Below are positions 38,573 through 48,967 of a stretch of DNA of 64,000 nucleotides, piece after piece. The stretch lies in contig OY969927.1 of the NCBI GenBank assembly GCA_963704655.1, positions 1,088,001 to 1,152,000 of the forward strand. The letters run 5' to 3'. The position numbers and the translations under genes were made by a program. The notes under the pieces were generated by a model that searched no databases, had not been told where the DNA came from, and saw only the letters and a list, made by a program, of their open reading frames with translations. This DNA comes from an uncultured Candidatus Babeliaceae bacterium (GTDB lineage: Bacteria; Babelota; Babeliae; Babelales; Babelaceae). Numbering within the stretch: the first letter of the stretch is position 1; the number at the start of each line of letters is the position of its first letter.

Positions 38573-39235
38573 CTATTTAGCAGAATACTGTTTTAAATAC
38601 GTAGGGATTATTTGATGAGTTACCCCATCTTTTCTGAGCCATTTAGTATACCCGGCCTGCGCTATAACTTCAATATCCGCTTCATAAGGGTAATCAGCAA
38701 GTAAGTGCACTTTGCGGCCAAGTACAGATTTTATTTTTTCATGATGCAAAGCAACGCCATTACCAATATAGGTAACGGGTTCTGTAATAATGGCAGCTTG
38801 TTGTTGTAAAAAGATGTCGATATTTTCACACGAAGTTTCACCATTTTTTCCGATATATATATCATCGCAAAATGCATTAAGTATCACCGTGTATTCTGGG
38901 TAAAGTAGGCTCAGTGCTTCAAGGCCATTAATGCCAATAAGTGGCAGCCCCGTTGCAAAGCCGATGCCATTTGCCGTTGCTATGCCAACGCGCAAGGTGG
39001 TGAAAGGTGCCGGGCCCGAGTGTGCGCTGATAAATGAAAGATCGCTGAATTTTAACGTATGTTCGACAAGGAGTTCTAAAATTGACTGCATTAAAAATGC
39101 ACTGACCAATTTTTTGTCTAATGTTTGTACAGTAAGATTTTTGGCATCACGATAGAGCCCAATACTTACTGCTTGGTAGCCGCTATGTATAACAAGGTGA
39201 AAGACTGAGTGGTTGTGACCAGGTGTGGGTTGCAT
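38573..39235 (-). CDS. tsaB: tRNA threonylcarbamoyladenosine biosynthesis protein TsaB
   Basis: GPAPFTTLRVGIATANGI, LPLIGINGLEAL, IIPTYL. Confidence 0.88.
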   Translation of the reverse strand: MQPTPGHNHSVFHLVIHSGYQAVSIGLYRDAKNLTVQTLDKKLVSAFLMQSILELLVEHTLKFSDLSFISAHSGPAPFTTLRVGIATANGIGFATGLPLIGINGLEALSLLYPEYTVILNAFCDDIYIGKNGETSCENIDIFLQQQAAIITEPVTYIGNGVALHHEKIKSVLGRKVHLLADYPYEADIEVIAQAGYTKWLRKDGVTHQIIPTYLKQYSAK

Positions 39236-39242
39236 ATCTTTT

Positions 39243-39422
39243 TTAGTTGCGGTTATTATTCTTTTGCTGTTGGTAGAAAATACTAAAGGCGTCGAATTCA
39301 ATGGTTTTTTCTTTTTTGACCATTATTTTTCCACAATTAAGGCATTTCCAGCCGTCAAAGTTTAAAAAATGATCGAAAAATGATTGGACTACCATCAGTC
39401 CATTACATTTTGAACACTTCAT
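39243..39422 (-). CDS. Small zinc-ribbon protein
   Basis: AAGGAG RBS; MKCSKCNGLM...WKCLNCG (two CxxC). Confidence 0.8.
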   Translation of the reverse strand: MKCSKCNGLMVVQSFFDHFLNFDGWKCLNCGKIMVKKEKTIEFDAFSIFYQQQKNNNRN

Positions 39423-39426
39423 ACGT

Positions 39427-39461
39427 ATCTCCTTCTTGCTGACAGCGTACTTGAAGGAGAT
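39427..39461 (-). promoter_or_regulatory. Hairpin sequestering the RBS
   Basis: Perfect 9 bp inverted repeat ATCTCCTTC/GAAGGAGAT whose 3' arm is the SD of the zinc-ribbon gene. Confidence 0.6.
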
Positions 39462-39528
39462 GTTAATTGTCAAGACTGGATCAATGACTTAAAAAAATAC
39501 CATATATAGAGGTTTTTTGCAATCGTGT

Positions 39529-40182
39529 TTAATTGCCCTCTTCTTTAAAAACTGCTTTTTCCTTGCCTTTGACAGGTGTTTGTTTTTTAGCAGCTTGTTG
39601 TGCCTGTGGCATACCTTTATTTTTTTTCTTTAAATAATTTGCCCGTGCCTTTTCAGGGTCATATTTTATCTTTGCTCTATTTAGGCGATCTTGTTGTTTT
39701 TTTGCAAGTTCTTGAATTCGCTCTAACGTAACTGGTAAAGTGCCGGAAGGATAAGCTCTGTAGTATGCGAAAGCTTTTTTTATATCTGGCAGCGTTGCGC
39801 CAGTGTCGCGCATAATTTGTTCTTTATTTAAAGCTTTTAAAGCAGCAAGGTTTTTATCTTTTGCTTTAAAATAGTTTTCTGCAGCATGAGTAATATCTTG
39901 AGCTGTATAATTTAATGGAGTAGAAGGCATTGGGGTTTCAGGGTGTTCTTGAACCCATAAAAAAGCATCGACGACTTTTTCAGGGGCAATGTTATTTTTT
40001 TGTGCTATTTGTTCGATAGAAGTGTTAAAGATTTGGGCAAGAGCCTGTGCAGCTTCGAATTCTTCTTGGCTCCGTTCTGTTTCCTCTGTCGATTGATAGC
40101 CTTCTTCTGTGCAGACAAGTGGCAATGAAACTAATAGTAAAAGAAAAAATTGGTGCATTTTGACACACTGTTTTTTATTCAT
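39529..40182 (-). CDS. Hypothetical exported protein with Lys-rich tail
   Basis: GGAGG RBS, FFLLLLVSLPLVC leader, KKKNK in the tail. Confidence 0.7.
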   Translation of the reverse strand: MNKKQCVKMHQFFLLLLVSLPLVCTEEGYQSTEETERSQEEFEAAQALAQIFNTSIEQIAQKNNIAPEKVVDAFLWVQEHPETPMPSTPLNYTAQDITHAAENYFKAKDKNLAALKALNKEQIMRDTGATLPDIKKAFAYYRAYPSGTLPVTLERIQELAKKQQDRLNRAKIKYDPEKARANYLKKKNKGMPQAQQAAKKQTPVKGKEKAVFKEEGN

Positions 40183-40239
40183 AATGGCCTCCGGTATATT
40201 TTTTATTAAAATAAACCGGGGGCATTAGTATTAGCAATA

Positions 40240-40692
40240 TTATTCTTCGTTTAAGAATGCCTGCATCTTTAGATAATTAAGATACGAGTCTAATATAAAT
40301 GCTGCTGCAATAGCGTGTGATTTTAATTTCTCTTCTTTAGTGCGTGCAGGGCTCGCTGTTTGTGCCCGTTTGCTGCTTAGACGCTCGTCCCATAAAACAA
40401 AAACAGTTTCAGGAAAGAGCTTTTGCAGCTCTTCATATATAGCAAGCACTTTTTTTGTCTGGTCGCTTTCTGTGCCGCGCATGGTCTTTGGGTAACCGAT
40501 AACAATGGCGGCAGGTTTTTGTTCATCAATAAATTTTTTTATTGCTGCCTGGTATTCATAAAAAGTTACCGTGGTAAACGGCTTTGCCAGTGTACGCGTG
40601 ATATCAGATAAAGCTATTCCGACCCATTGGTCACCCAGATCAAGGGCCGCAATTTTGCCAGATGGTAAATTAAGAGGTTTGTTTGTCAACAT
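40240..40692 (-). CDS. ruvX: YqgF/RuvX pre-16S rRNA nuclease
   Basis: ALDLGDQWVGIALSD, IVIGYP, WDERLSS, AAAFIL. Confidence 0.93.
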   Translation of the reverse strand: MLTNKPLNLPSGKIAALDLGDQWVGIALSDITRTLAKPFTTVTFYEYQAAIKKFIDEQKPAAIVIGYPKTMRGTESDQTKKVLAIYEELQKLFPETVFVLWDERLSSKRAQTASPARTKEEKLKSHAIAAAFILDSYLNYLKMQAFLNEE

Positions 40693-40790
40693 ACTTGTAT
40701 TCTTCTATAATTAAAACTTATGGCACCCGTGTGCCTAAAATTATTTATATATAGCGTATCTTAACGGTACAAAAAGATACAGGAGTCATC

Positions 40791-42152
40791 ATGAACTATG
40801 TTGAATTGGATGAATTAGTAAAGAATATCGGTAGCTTTATCTGGGGTTGGCCGCTTATTATAGCCATTATGGCTGTCAGTCTTATTATGACGGTTGCCTT
40901 TGGCGGTATCCAGTTTAGATACTTTATGCGTTCATGGCAGTATCTTTTAAAACCAGAAGCGGGCGTTTCTCAAGAGGCTCAAGCAAATTATATTACTCCA
41001 TTTCAAGCATTTATTAATGCATTAAGCGCAAGTTTAGGCAATGGTAGTTTAGTGGGTATGGCAACTGCTATGTATAGCGGTGGGCCAGGAGCAGGTTTTT
41101 GGATCTTCTTTCTTGGCTTTTTTCTCATGTCTATCCGGTTTGCCGAAGTATATGCAAGTACTGCATTTACTGAAAAACAGGCAAGTGGGTTAATACGTGG
41201 TGGGCCAATGGTCTATCTTGCGCGTGTGCCAGGTGGTTCATGGTTGCCTTATTTTTATGCGTTCTTTTGCTTGATGTTAACCTTTGTTACCGGTAATGCT
41301 ATGCAATGTAACTCTATCGCACTGGGACTTGTGACCATGACCGCATGGAATTTATATGCCATCGCGTTAGTTATGTTTATCTTTTTGCTCTATGTCATGG
41401 TCGGCGGCGCGCAGCGTATCGTGCGTGTTTCAGATGCAGTAACACCTATTAAAGTAGGTTTGTTTTTTGTCGCTTCGGTAATAGTACTTTTTTATAATGC
41501 CGGGTCATTATGGCAGGCATTAGTTATTATGACACAACACGCCTTTACACAACAGGCAGTGCGCGGTGCTCTTCTTGGATACACTATGCAAACAGCGTTA
41601 CGTTTTGGGATTGCACGTTCTATTAACGCTACTGAGGTTGGTCTAGGTACATCAGGAATTATATTTGGCACCACTGGCACAAAAAATCCCGTTCGTAGCG
41701 GTATTATTTCTCTTGCAACAACCTCGATTAGCAACTTTGGTGTCTGTTTTCTTTTGATGTGGCTCTTTGTTGCAACGGGTGCTTGGAACAGTGGTTTAAA
41801 TGGTGTTGAAATGACTATTTTTGCCTATGAGACGACCTTCGGTAGCTTTGGTGGATGGGTAGTTAATACCCTGACAATGATGTTTGGGATAGGTTGTGTT
41901 ATTGCTTATGCTTATATCGGCCGCGAATGTTGGTCATTTTTAACGGGCGGCAAATATCTTTTTTGGTATAGCTTAATTTTTTGCTGCATGGCGCTATTTG
42001 GCGCACTTGTTGAAATGCGTATATTATGGAACGCTATTGATATCGTTAACGCAGGGCTTATTGTAAGTAACCTTTATGGCCTTATGTGGTTAATGCCGGA
42101 AATTCAAAAAGGGGTACGGGCTTTTTATGTACACGATCGAAAACGTAATTAA
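40791..42152 (+). CDS. Alanine/glycine:cation symporter (AgcS family)
   Basis: FIWGWP, ITPFQA, GGPGAGFW, GGPMVYL, NAMQCNS, EVGLGT. Confidence 0.9.
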   Translation: MNYVELDELVKNIGSFIWGWPLIIAIMAVSLIMTVAFGGIQFRYFMRSWQYLLKPEAGVSQEAQANYITPFQAFINALSASLGNGSLVGMATAMYSGGPGAGFWIFFLGFFLMSIRFAEVYASTAFTEKQASGLIRGGPMVYLARVPGGSWLPYFYAFFCLMLTFVTGNAMQCNSIALGLVTMTAWNLYAIALVMFIFLLYVMVGGAQRIVRVSDAVTPIKVGLFFVASVIVLFYNAGSLWQALVIMTQHAFTQQAVRGALLGYTMQTALRFGIARSINATEVGLGTSGIIFGTTGTKNPVRSGIISLATTSISNFGVCFLLMWLFVATGAWNSGLNGVEMTIFAYETTFGSFGGWVVNTLTMMFGIGCVIAYAYIGRECWSFLTGGKYLFWYSLIFCCMALFGALVEMRILWNAIDIVNAGLIVSNLYGLMWLMPEIQKGVRAFYVHDRKRN

Positions 42153-44877
42153 TAATATTAGTGATTTTTTATGGGGCTGGCCGTTAGTACTTGGGATACT
42201 AGCGGTGAGCATCATTATGACGGTGGCTTTTAAATGGGTACAGGTACGCTATTTTTGGCAGTCTTGGTATTACGTTTTTCATCCATCAGAAAAAAGTCTT
42301 GTTGGTGCTGAATATATAACGCCGTTTCAGGCATTTTTGAATACGTTAAGCGCGAGCTTAGGTAACGGAAGTGCAGCTGGCATGGCAACAGCTGTAGCCT
42401 CTGGTGGCCCTGGTGCAGCATTTTGGATTTTTATTGTTGGCTTTTTTGGGATAGCATTACGCTTTGCAGAAGTATATGCAAGCAGCTATTTTATGGATGA
42501 AAATAAGCAGGGCACGTTTCGTGGTGGCCCTATGGTCTATTTACAGTTAGTGCCGGGTAAAAAATATCTGCCTGCATTGTATGCTTTTTTTTGTTTATTA
42601 ACCAGTTTTGTCGCTGGCAGCGCTATGCAATGTAACTCTATGACCATTGGTATAGAACGACTTACCGGTTTTAGTAAGCCACTTATTGCTGCGATTTTAT
42701 TTATCACCATGGTCTATGTTTTGTATGGTGGCGCACAGCGCATTATACACTTTTCTGAAAAAATTATTCCTATCAAAGTGGGTTTATTTTTTATATGTAC
42801 ACTCACGCTTTTGGTATACCATGCGTTGGCTATTCCTGCAGCGTTAGCACTTATTTTAAAATATGCGTTCACGTGGCAGGCAGTCGCTGGTGCGGGCATG
42901 GGGTATACGGTGCAAACAGCATTGCGCTATGGTATTTCACGTTCAGTGAGCGCTACCGAACTTGGCCTTGGAACCGCAGGCATTTTATTTGGGACAACGG
43001 GAGGTAAAGAGCCCTTTAAAAATAGTATTATGTCGATGGCGTCACTCATGATTAGTAATCATTTAGTGTGCTGTTTATTGTTACTTATCTTTGTTGCAAG
43101 TGGCGTGTGGGACAGCGGGTTAACAAGCACCGCATTAACAAGCGCTGCATTTGAAACACTCTTTGGAATCTATGGCAAAATTATTGTAACATTCCTGTCT
43201 ATTTCTTTTGGTCTTGGTGTGTTGGTTGCATATGCTTATATTGGTCGCGAATGTTGGCTCTTTTTAATGCCGCGTGCTTCGACTATGTGGTATACAGTGA
43301 TTTATGCTTGCATGTCATTTTTTGGTATATTCAGCACCGTTGCGGTAGTGTGGAGCGCTGTTGATATTGCAAATGCCGGTATGTTGATTATGAACCTTTA
43401 TGGTTTAGTGATGTTACTGCCATTATTAATAAGAGCTTTTAATGCAGATGAAAAAAAACGCAAACCCGTCGCTGAACATGCTGTAACGGGGAAGAAATTG
43501 CCGCTACACTATAAAGTTGCTGCGCATACCGATAATGTTGGGCCCGGGTCGACGTTTGTTGCTATTCCTGGAACACAAAAAGATGGTACAGAGTTTGTGC
43601 AAGATGCATTAATGCGTGGGGCAACAACTATTGTCTTGGACAAGAATGCGCATCTTACAGCAGATTTGCAGCAGGCGCTTGCTGCAGTTTCTAGTTATCG
43701 TGTAGAAAATACTCGTAAAACGCTTGCTGAGTTAAGTGCGTATGCGTATGGTTACCCGGCAAGAAAATTAAAATTTATTGCAGTGACTGGCACAAAGGGT
43801 AAAACTACTACTACGTATTTATTGGAGCATATTTTAAAAACAGCTGGCTTTAAAATGGCTCGTTTAAGCACGGTAAGTAACGCAATTTTATCACAAGAAT
43901 ATGAAACACAATTAACTACGCAGCAACCTGACTATATTCATATGTTTTTAAACGAATGTGTTAAGCAGGGTGTTGAATGGGTCATAATTGAAGTTGCTGC
44001 GCAAGCACTCAGTATGCACCGTGTGTATGGTATTGAATTTGATGCTGTTGTTTTTACTAATTTCAGTCAAGAGCATGCAGAGTTTTATACAACACAGCAA
44101 GATTATTTTGCAGCAAAGGCTGCGATTTTTAAACAGCTTAAAAAGAATGGCACAGTAGTGTTAAACGATGACGACGCGTTGGTAAGTTCGTTACGCTCTC
44201 TATGTCCGCAGGCGCAGTTAAGTAGCCTTAATGACGTTACTATTATCGGCGCATCACGCGAAGGCGTGAGCTGTTATGTTGATCAGCTGGTTTTTGAAAA
44301 CACACATTTATTAGGCACCTTTAATTTGCATAATATTCATATGGCCTATCTTGTTGCACGTGCATTAAACATTTTACCTGAAGTTATACAGCAGGCTGTA
44401 TCTTCGTTTACCGGTGTTCCGGGTAGATTAAATAAATATACCCTTGAGCGTGATATTGTTGCGTACATTGATTATGCACACACGCCGTCTTCTATGAAGG
44501 CTGTGCTTTCAACATTGCGCAGCGAAACTGAGCAACTTATTGTTGTTTTTGGCGCTGGTGGTGAGCGTGACCCGATTAAGCGGCCATTCATGGGCGGACT
44601 TGCTGTTGAATATGCTGACATCGTTATATTAACCACTGATAATCCGCGTTCTGAAGAGCCTGAAAAAATTATGAAGGATATTCTTGCGGGGATTCCTGAA
44701 CATCTTATGCATAAGGTTATTATCGAATATGACCGCGCTGCAGCAATTAGATATGCATATTCTGTTGCGCAACCTGGCGCGATTATTGCATTATTGGGCA
44801 AAGGCCCTGATGAGTATCAACTTATTCAAGGAACAAAACATTATTTTAGTGAACGTGAAATTCTTAAATCGCTTTAG
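42127..44877 (+). CDS. murE: AgcS-family symporter fused in frame to UDP-MurNAc-tripeptide synthetase MurE
   Basis: About aa 1-440 paralogous to the upstream AgcS; then VTGTKGKTTT, TNFSQEH, YFAAKA, VPGRL, IDYAHTP, VFGAGGERD, TDNPRSE, GKG. Confidence 0.88.
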   Translation: MYTIENVINNISDFLWGWPLVLGILAVSIIMTVAFKWVQVRYFWQSWYYVFHPSEKSLVGAEYITPFQAFLNTLSASLGNGSAAGMATAVASGGPGAAFWIFIVGFFGIALRFAEVYASSYFMDENKQGTFRGGPMVYLQLVPGKKYLPALYAFFCLLTSFVAGSAMQCNSMTIGIERLTGFSKPLIAAILFITMVYVLYGGAQRIIHFSEKIIPIKVGLFFICTLTLLVYHALAIPAALALILKYAFTWQAVAGAGMGYTVQTALRYGISRSVSATELGLGTAGILFGTTGGKEPFKNSIMSMASLMISNHLVCCLLLLIFVASGVWDSGLTSTALTSAAFETLFGIYGKIIVTFLSISFGLGVLVAYAYIGRECWLFLMPRASTMWYTVIYACMSFFGIFSTVAVVWSAVDIANAGMLIMNLYGLVMLLPLLIRAFNADEKKRKPVAEHAVTGKKLPLHYKVAAHTDNVGPGSTFVAIPGTQKDGTEFVQDALMRGATTIVLDKNAHLTADLQQALAAVSSYRVENTRKTLAELSAYAYGYPARKLKFIAVTGTKGKTTTTYLLEHILKTAGFKMARLSTVSNAILSQEYETQLTTQQPDYIHMFLNECVKQGVEWVIIEVAAQALSMHRVYGIEFDAVVFTNFSQEHAEFYTTQQDYFAAKAAIFKQLKKNGTVVLNDDDALVSSLRSLCPQAQLSSLNDVTIIGASREGVSCYVDQLVFENTHLLGTFNLHNIHMAYLVARALNILPEVIQQAVSSFTGVPGRLNKYTLERDIVAYIDYAHTPSSMKAVLSTLRSETEQLIVVFGAGGERDPIKRPFMGGLAVEYADIVILTTDNPRSEEPEKIMKDILAGIPEHLMHKVIIEYDRAAAIRYAYSVAQPGAIIALLGKGPDEYQLIQGTKHYFSEREILKSL

Positions 44878-44887
44878 AGATATTATT

Positions 44888-45307
44888 ATGAACAAAATCA
44901 CTTTAATTTTTATCAGTTTTTTTTTGACAGTTTCTATGCATGCTTCAGAAAGTTTAGGTTATAAGTGTGCAATATATTTTAAAAGTTTACAGGAAAAGCA
45001 GACAAAGGGTTCTTTGAATTCTATTGCCAACTATGTCAAAAATCCTGATCCAGAGAATTGTTTTTTGCCAAACTCTGAAAAAGATGACAGTATGCGAAAA
45101 GTTCTTTATGCCCGCTTAGATGCTGTGCGAAAATTTTATTCGTTGGTAAAAAGACAGAAAGTAAATCCTGCTACAACTACATTAAGTGCACTTGCGCATG
45201 ATCTGGCTCAAAAAGATAATAAAAGCGCTCGGTATCTTCTTGAAGACCGTGACGGTTTTGCAGTAGCGGCCGTGCAACTTGCACTTTTAGAAATAGATAA
45301 GCCTTAG
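44888..45307 (+). CDS. Hypothetical exported protein
   Basis: MNKITLIFISFFLTVSMHA-SE signal peptide. Confidence 0.65.
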   Translation: MNKITLIFISFFLTVSMHASESLGYKCAIYFKSLQEKQTKGSLNSIANYVKNPDPENCFLPNSEKDDSMRKVLYARLDAVRKFYSLVKRQKVNPATTTLSALAHDLAQKDNKSARYLLEDRDGFAVAAVQLALLEIDKP

Positions 45308-45398
45308 GCGATCTTTACAAGAAGCGTTAAACCTATTAATCTAAAAGATATTTTACAGATATTTCATATATTCAAAGAATAATTATAACGGAGAATTC

Positions 45399-47393
45399 AT
45401 GACGGAACTCATGGCCCCAATGTGGGCACTCATTAGCGGTTTTGCCGGTCTAGGCGCAGTAGGGTTATTATTGCGTTATATCATGGCGCTCAAGGTGGAC
45501 GATAAAAAGGCATACGATATTTCGCGTGCGATTCGTTTAGGTGCAATGACCTTTTTAAGGGAAGAGTATTCAATTATAGGTCTTGTAATAGCTCTTGTAG
45601 CAGCGCTTTTAGTGGCTGTCAGTGGGGTAACGGCTGCTCTTTGCTTTTTAAGCGGTTCTTTATTGTCATTATTGACCGGCCTTATCGGTATGCATGCGGC
45701 TACAGAAGCTAACGTGCGTACAGCAATTGCTGCTAAAAACCATGGTGAACGTTCTGCATTTTTAACAGCGTTCTTTGGTGGCGGCGTCATGGGTATTACC
45801 GTTGCAAGTTTTGGGGTAATTGGTGTTGGTGGCGTATTGCATTTTATGCTCCACATGCCTAATTTCCCAGTATTATTTACTGCATTTGGTGTAGGTGCAT
45901 CACTCGTGGCATTCTTTGCGCGTGTTGGTGGTGGTATTTATACTAAATCTGCAGACGTTGGCGCTGACCTTGTTGGTAAACTCGAAGCTAATATTCCAGA
46001 AGATGATCCACGTAACCCAGCAGTTATTGCTGATAACGTTGGTGACTGTGTGGGCGACACCGCAGGCATGGGCGCTGATATCTTTGAGTCATATGTTACA
46101 GCAATGATTTCATCTATTTTATTAGCGATTTCTTCAGAAAAATATGCTGGGTTAACCCATTATATTACGTTCCCATTAATGGTTTGCGTAATTGGTCTTT
46201 TTAGCTCATTACTTGGACTAATTTCGGTTTTAGTTTTAAGAAGCAGTTCTGCGACTTTATTACGCAACTCAACCTATGTAGCACTTGTTGCGTTTCTTGC
46301 ATCAACTGCCTATTACATGAATGCTATGGGTATCGATTTTGAACTCTATACGTCACTTGTTATCGGTTGCTTTAGCGGCGTGGTAATTGGTCTTATTACT
46401 GAGTACTATACTTCATCGACTCCTATTGCAAAATTGGCAAAAATCTCTGAATCTGGTGCAGCAACAAATATTATCTATGGCCTTTCTATTGGCATGGAAT
46501 CTGTTGTATTACCAATGTTCTTCTTGGCAGGCAGCGTTGTTTGCGCATTCACCTACGGCGGTGGCGTCTTTGGCGTTTCGCTTGCTGCGGTGGCTATGCT
46601 TGCTACAGTTGGTATTACTATGACGGTTGATGCATATGGCCCTATTGCAGATAATGCTGGCGGCATTGCGGAAATGGCGGCATTTGGAAAAAATGTGCGC
46701 ACTATTACCGATAGGCTCGATTCTTTAGGTAACACCACGGCAGCTATCGGCAAAGGTTTTGCTATTGGTTCTGCAGCACTTGCGGCATTGAGCGTCTTTG
46801 CGGTATTCAAGTTTGAAGCGGGTCTTGATGTACTCGATTTACTTAATCCGTTAGTACTTGCTGGTATCTTTATTGGTGCAGCTATGCCGTTCTGGATCTC
46901 TGCCCTTACTATGCGTTCTGTGGGTAATGCTGCTCTTAAAATGGTGGTCGAAGTCCGTCGCCAGTTCAAAGAAATCCCTGGCATTATGGAAGGTACCGCA
47001 CAGCCAGATTACGAACGTTGCATTGCAATTAGTACTAAAGCATCATTAAGAGAAATGATCCTTCCTGGTGTTATTACCGTTTCTGTACCTGTTCTTATCA
47101 GATTTGTATTTGGATTTACTTCAGGTGTTCAGGTTCTTGGTGGCCTTTTAGTTGGTGCAACTGTGTGTGGCATCGCGCTTGCCTTGATGATGGCAAATGG
47201 CGGTGGTGCATGGGATAACGCTAAAAAATATATAGAAGCCGGTCACTTTGGTGGCAAGGGTTCTACTGCACATCATGCTGCTGTTATTGGCGACACGGTG
47301 GGTGACCCATTCAAAGACACATCTGGCCCTGCATTAAACATTCTTATTAAGCTTATGTCCATGGTGGCACTCTTGCTCGTGGCGCTTAAGTAG
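45399..47393 (+). CDS. hppA: Membrane-bound ion-translocating pyrophosphatase, K+-dependent type
   Basis: [66 protein letters not shown]. Confidence 0.96.
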   Translation: MTELMAPMWALISGFAGLGAVGLLLRYIMALKVDDKKAYDISRAIRLGAMTFLREEYSIIGLVIALVAALLVAVSGVTAALCFLSGSLLSLLTGLIGMHAATEANVRTAIAAKNHGERSAFLTAFFGGGVMGITVASFGVIGVGGVLHFMLHMPNFPVLFTAFGVGASLVAFFARVGGGIYTKSADVGADLVGKLEANIPEDDPRNPAVIADNVGDCVGDTAGMGADIFESYVTAMISSILLAISSEKYAGLTHYITFPLMVCVIGLFSSLLGLISVLVLRSSSATLLRNSTYVALVAFLASTAYYMNAMGIDFELYTSLVIGCFSGVVIGLITEYYTSSTPIAKLAKISESGAATNIIYGLSIGMESVVLPMFFLAGSVVCAFTYGGGVFGVSLAAVAMLATVGITMTVDAYGPIADNAGGIAEMAAFGKNVRTITDRLDSLGNTTAAIGKGFAIGSAALAALSVFAVFKFEAGLDVLDLLNPLVLAGIFIGAAMPFWISALTMRSVGNAALKMVVEVRRQFKEIPGIMEGTAQPDYERCIAISTKASLREMILPGVITVSVPVLIRFVFGFTSGVQVLGGLLVGATVCGIALALMMANGGGAWDNAKKYIEAGHFGGKGSTAHHAAVIGDTVGDPFKDTSGPALNILIKLMSMVALLLVALK

Positions 47394-47418
47394 GCTCTTT
47401 ATTATAGTTTTATAAACA

Positions 47419-47453
47419 ATAAAGGGATTTAGAGATATTCTAAGTCCCTTTAT
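47419..47453 (+). terminator. Terminator hairpin
   Basis: ATAAAGGGATTTAGA-loop-TCTAAGTCCCTTTAT. Confidence 0.7.
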
Positions 47454-47470
47454 CTTTAGGGAAACGCATT

Positions 47471-47896
47471 ATGAAAAGAATATATTTATTGGTTTTTTTA
47501 ATGTTATTATCTCTGAATCGATTAGATGCCGCTGAAGATGAAGGCTGGGGTAGTAAGCAGCATGAAAGATTGAGAAAAATTCTGGGAATGGTAGATGATA
47601 ATCAAGAGCCAAAACTTACAGAGATCTGCTTTCTTAAGAAAAATTCACAGTATTATGCTCTTAAAGAGAGTGCAAAATCGGTAGTTAACTTCTATAACGG
47701 CGGTTCACAAGAAGTTTGTAAATTTATGTTAGATGATCAATCTGAACAGCCAGGTATTTTAGAGATAGTCGCTTTTGTTGATAAGCAGATAGGGACATCT
47801 ACATTTAAAGATACGTATTATAAGATAGAGCCTAAAAAACCTAAGAAAAAGATAGGGTCTGTTTTTAATGTTTTTAAAAGAAAAAAAAGTAAATAA
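47471..47896 (+). CDS. Hypothetical exported protein with polybasic C-terminus
   Basis: Signal ending LDA; tail PKKPKKKIGSVFNVFKRKKSK. Confidence 0.7.
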   Translation: MKRIYLLVFLMLLSLNRLDAAEDEGWGSKQHERLRKILGMVDDNQEPKLTEICFLKKNSQYYALKESAKSVVNFYNGGSQEVCKFMLDDQSEQPGILEIVAFVDKQIGTSTFKDTYYKIEPKKPKKKIGSVFNVFKRKKSK

Positions 47897-47899
47897 AGA

Positions 47900-47929
47900 A
47901 GGCCCGAATTATCTCCGGGCCTCTTTTTT
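47900..47929. terminator. Terminator between convergent genes
   Basis: AGGCCCG-loop-CGGGCCT followed by a T run. Confidence 0.7.
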
Positions 47930-47948
47930 AAATTATTTATGATACAAG

Positions 47949-48503
47949 TTACTTTTTATTAATAAAGTCTTCTGTGAGCCTTGTTATTTCAGTAATATAC
48001 TCTTTAAGTAGTGCGGCATTTTCTTTGGCGTGTTGTTCAAATTCCAAGGTGCCAGGGAAAGGTGCGATATGAGCTTCTAATTCTTTTGCTGATTTATCAA
48101 TTTGATACGTATTTTCTCGTATTTTTTTAAAAAGTGGGTAATCTTCAGGGTAGTCATAGGCTAGTCGCTGTGCGCTTGAATGTAACCACTTAGTAATATG
48201 GCTCTTTTCGATGCCTAAACATGCTGGACTGCTCATAAGTTTTATAGAATCGCTAAATAGAGCCAAAGCAGCGTTTTTTATTTCCCATGGATTGCTTTTT
48301 TCTGTTTTTTTCAAAGCATCTTGCGCTTTTTCAAAATTCATACGCGATTTTTCAAAGGCTGTAGATAATTTACCACAATTTTGCATTTCAGACATTTTTG
48401 CAGCAATCATGTTTTCAATAGATTTATTCGGGTTTGTTTCTTTGGCTGCCTGTGCTGAATAAACAGCAAAAACTATCATAACTGCTATTAAAAGCTTTTT
48501 CAT
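47949..48503 (-). CDS. Hypothetical exported helical protein
   Basis: Signal ending AQA. Confidence 0.7.
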   Translation of the reverse strand: MKKLLIAVMIVFAVYSAQAAKETNPNKSIENMIAAKMSEMQNCGKLSTAFEKSRMNFEKAQDALKKTEKSNPWEIKNAALALFSDSIKLMSSPACLGIEKSHITKWLHSSAQRLAYDYPEDYPLFKKIRENTYQIDKSAKELEAHIAPFPGTLEFEQHAKENAALLKEYITEITRLTEDFINKK

Positions 48504-48615
48504 AGATATTCCTGTTTATATATAATTACTTTACCACATAGTATATTATATCATAACTGAAATAAATGTAAAGCTCGCATCAGATCGGCAGTTTAAGGTA
48601 TGGTAAAGGTTTTTT

Positions 48616-48888
48616 TTAATTTATGTCGCGTGCTGCTTGATTTTGGCTTAAGCTTGAAAGCATCAATGGGATTATTATTTCATAATGGGGTGTGGGTTGG
48701 TTAAATAATCGTGTGCTGGTATTTTCTTTACGTGCCTTTTTTGCAAGATATTCTTCAAGGGTTTTATAATCGCGCTTATTATTATTTTTCGTATTACGGT
48801 TTACTGTTCGTTGGGTACAATTGTATTTATTGTTTGCAAAAGCATTTGTAAGTGAAAAAAGAGTTAAAATAAGTATAAAATTTTTCAT
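48616..48888 (-). CDS. Small exported hypothetical protein
   Basis: Signal ending AFA. Confidence 0.6.
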   Translation of the reverse strand: MKNFILILTLFSLTNAFANNKYNCTQRTVNRNTKNNNKRDYKTLEEYLAKKARKENTSTRLFNQPTPHYEIIIPLMLSSLSQNQAARDIN

Positions 48889-48967
48889 AATTTTTCCATA
48901 ATTTTAAAATAAGAAGGTCCTTATTTCAGGACCCTCTTATTTTATTTGTTTTTAATATTCTTGTGAA

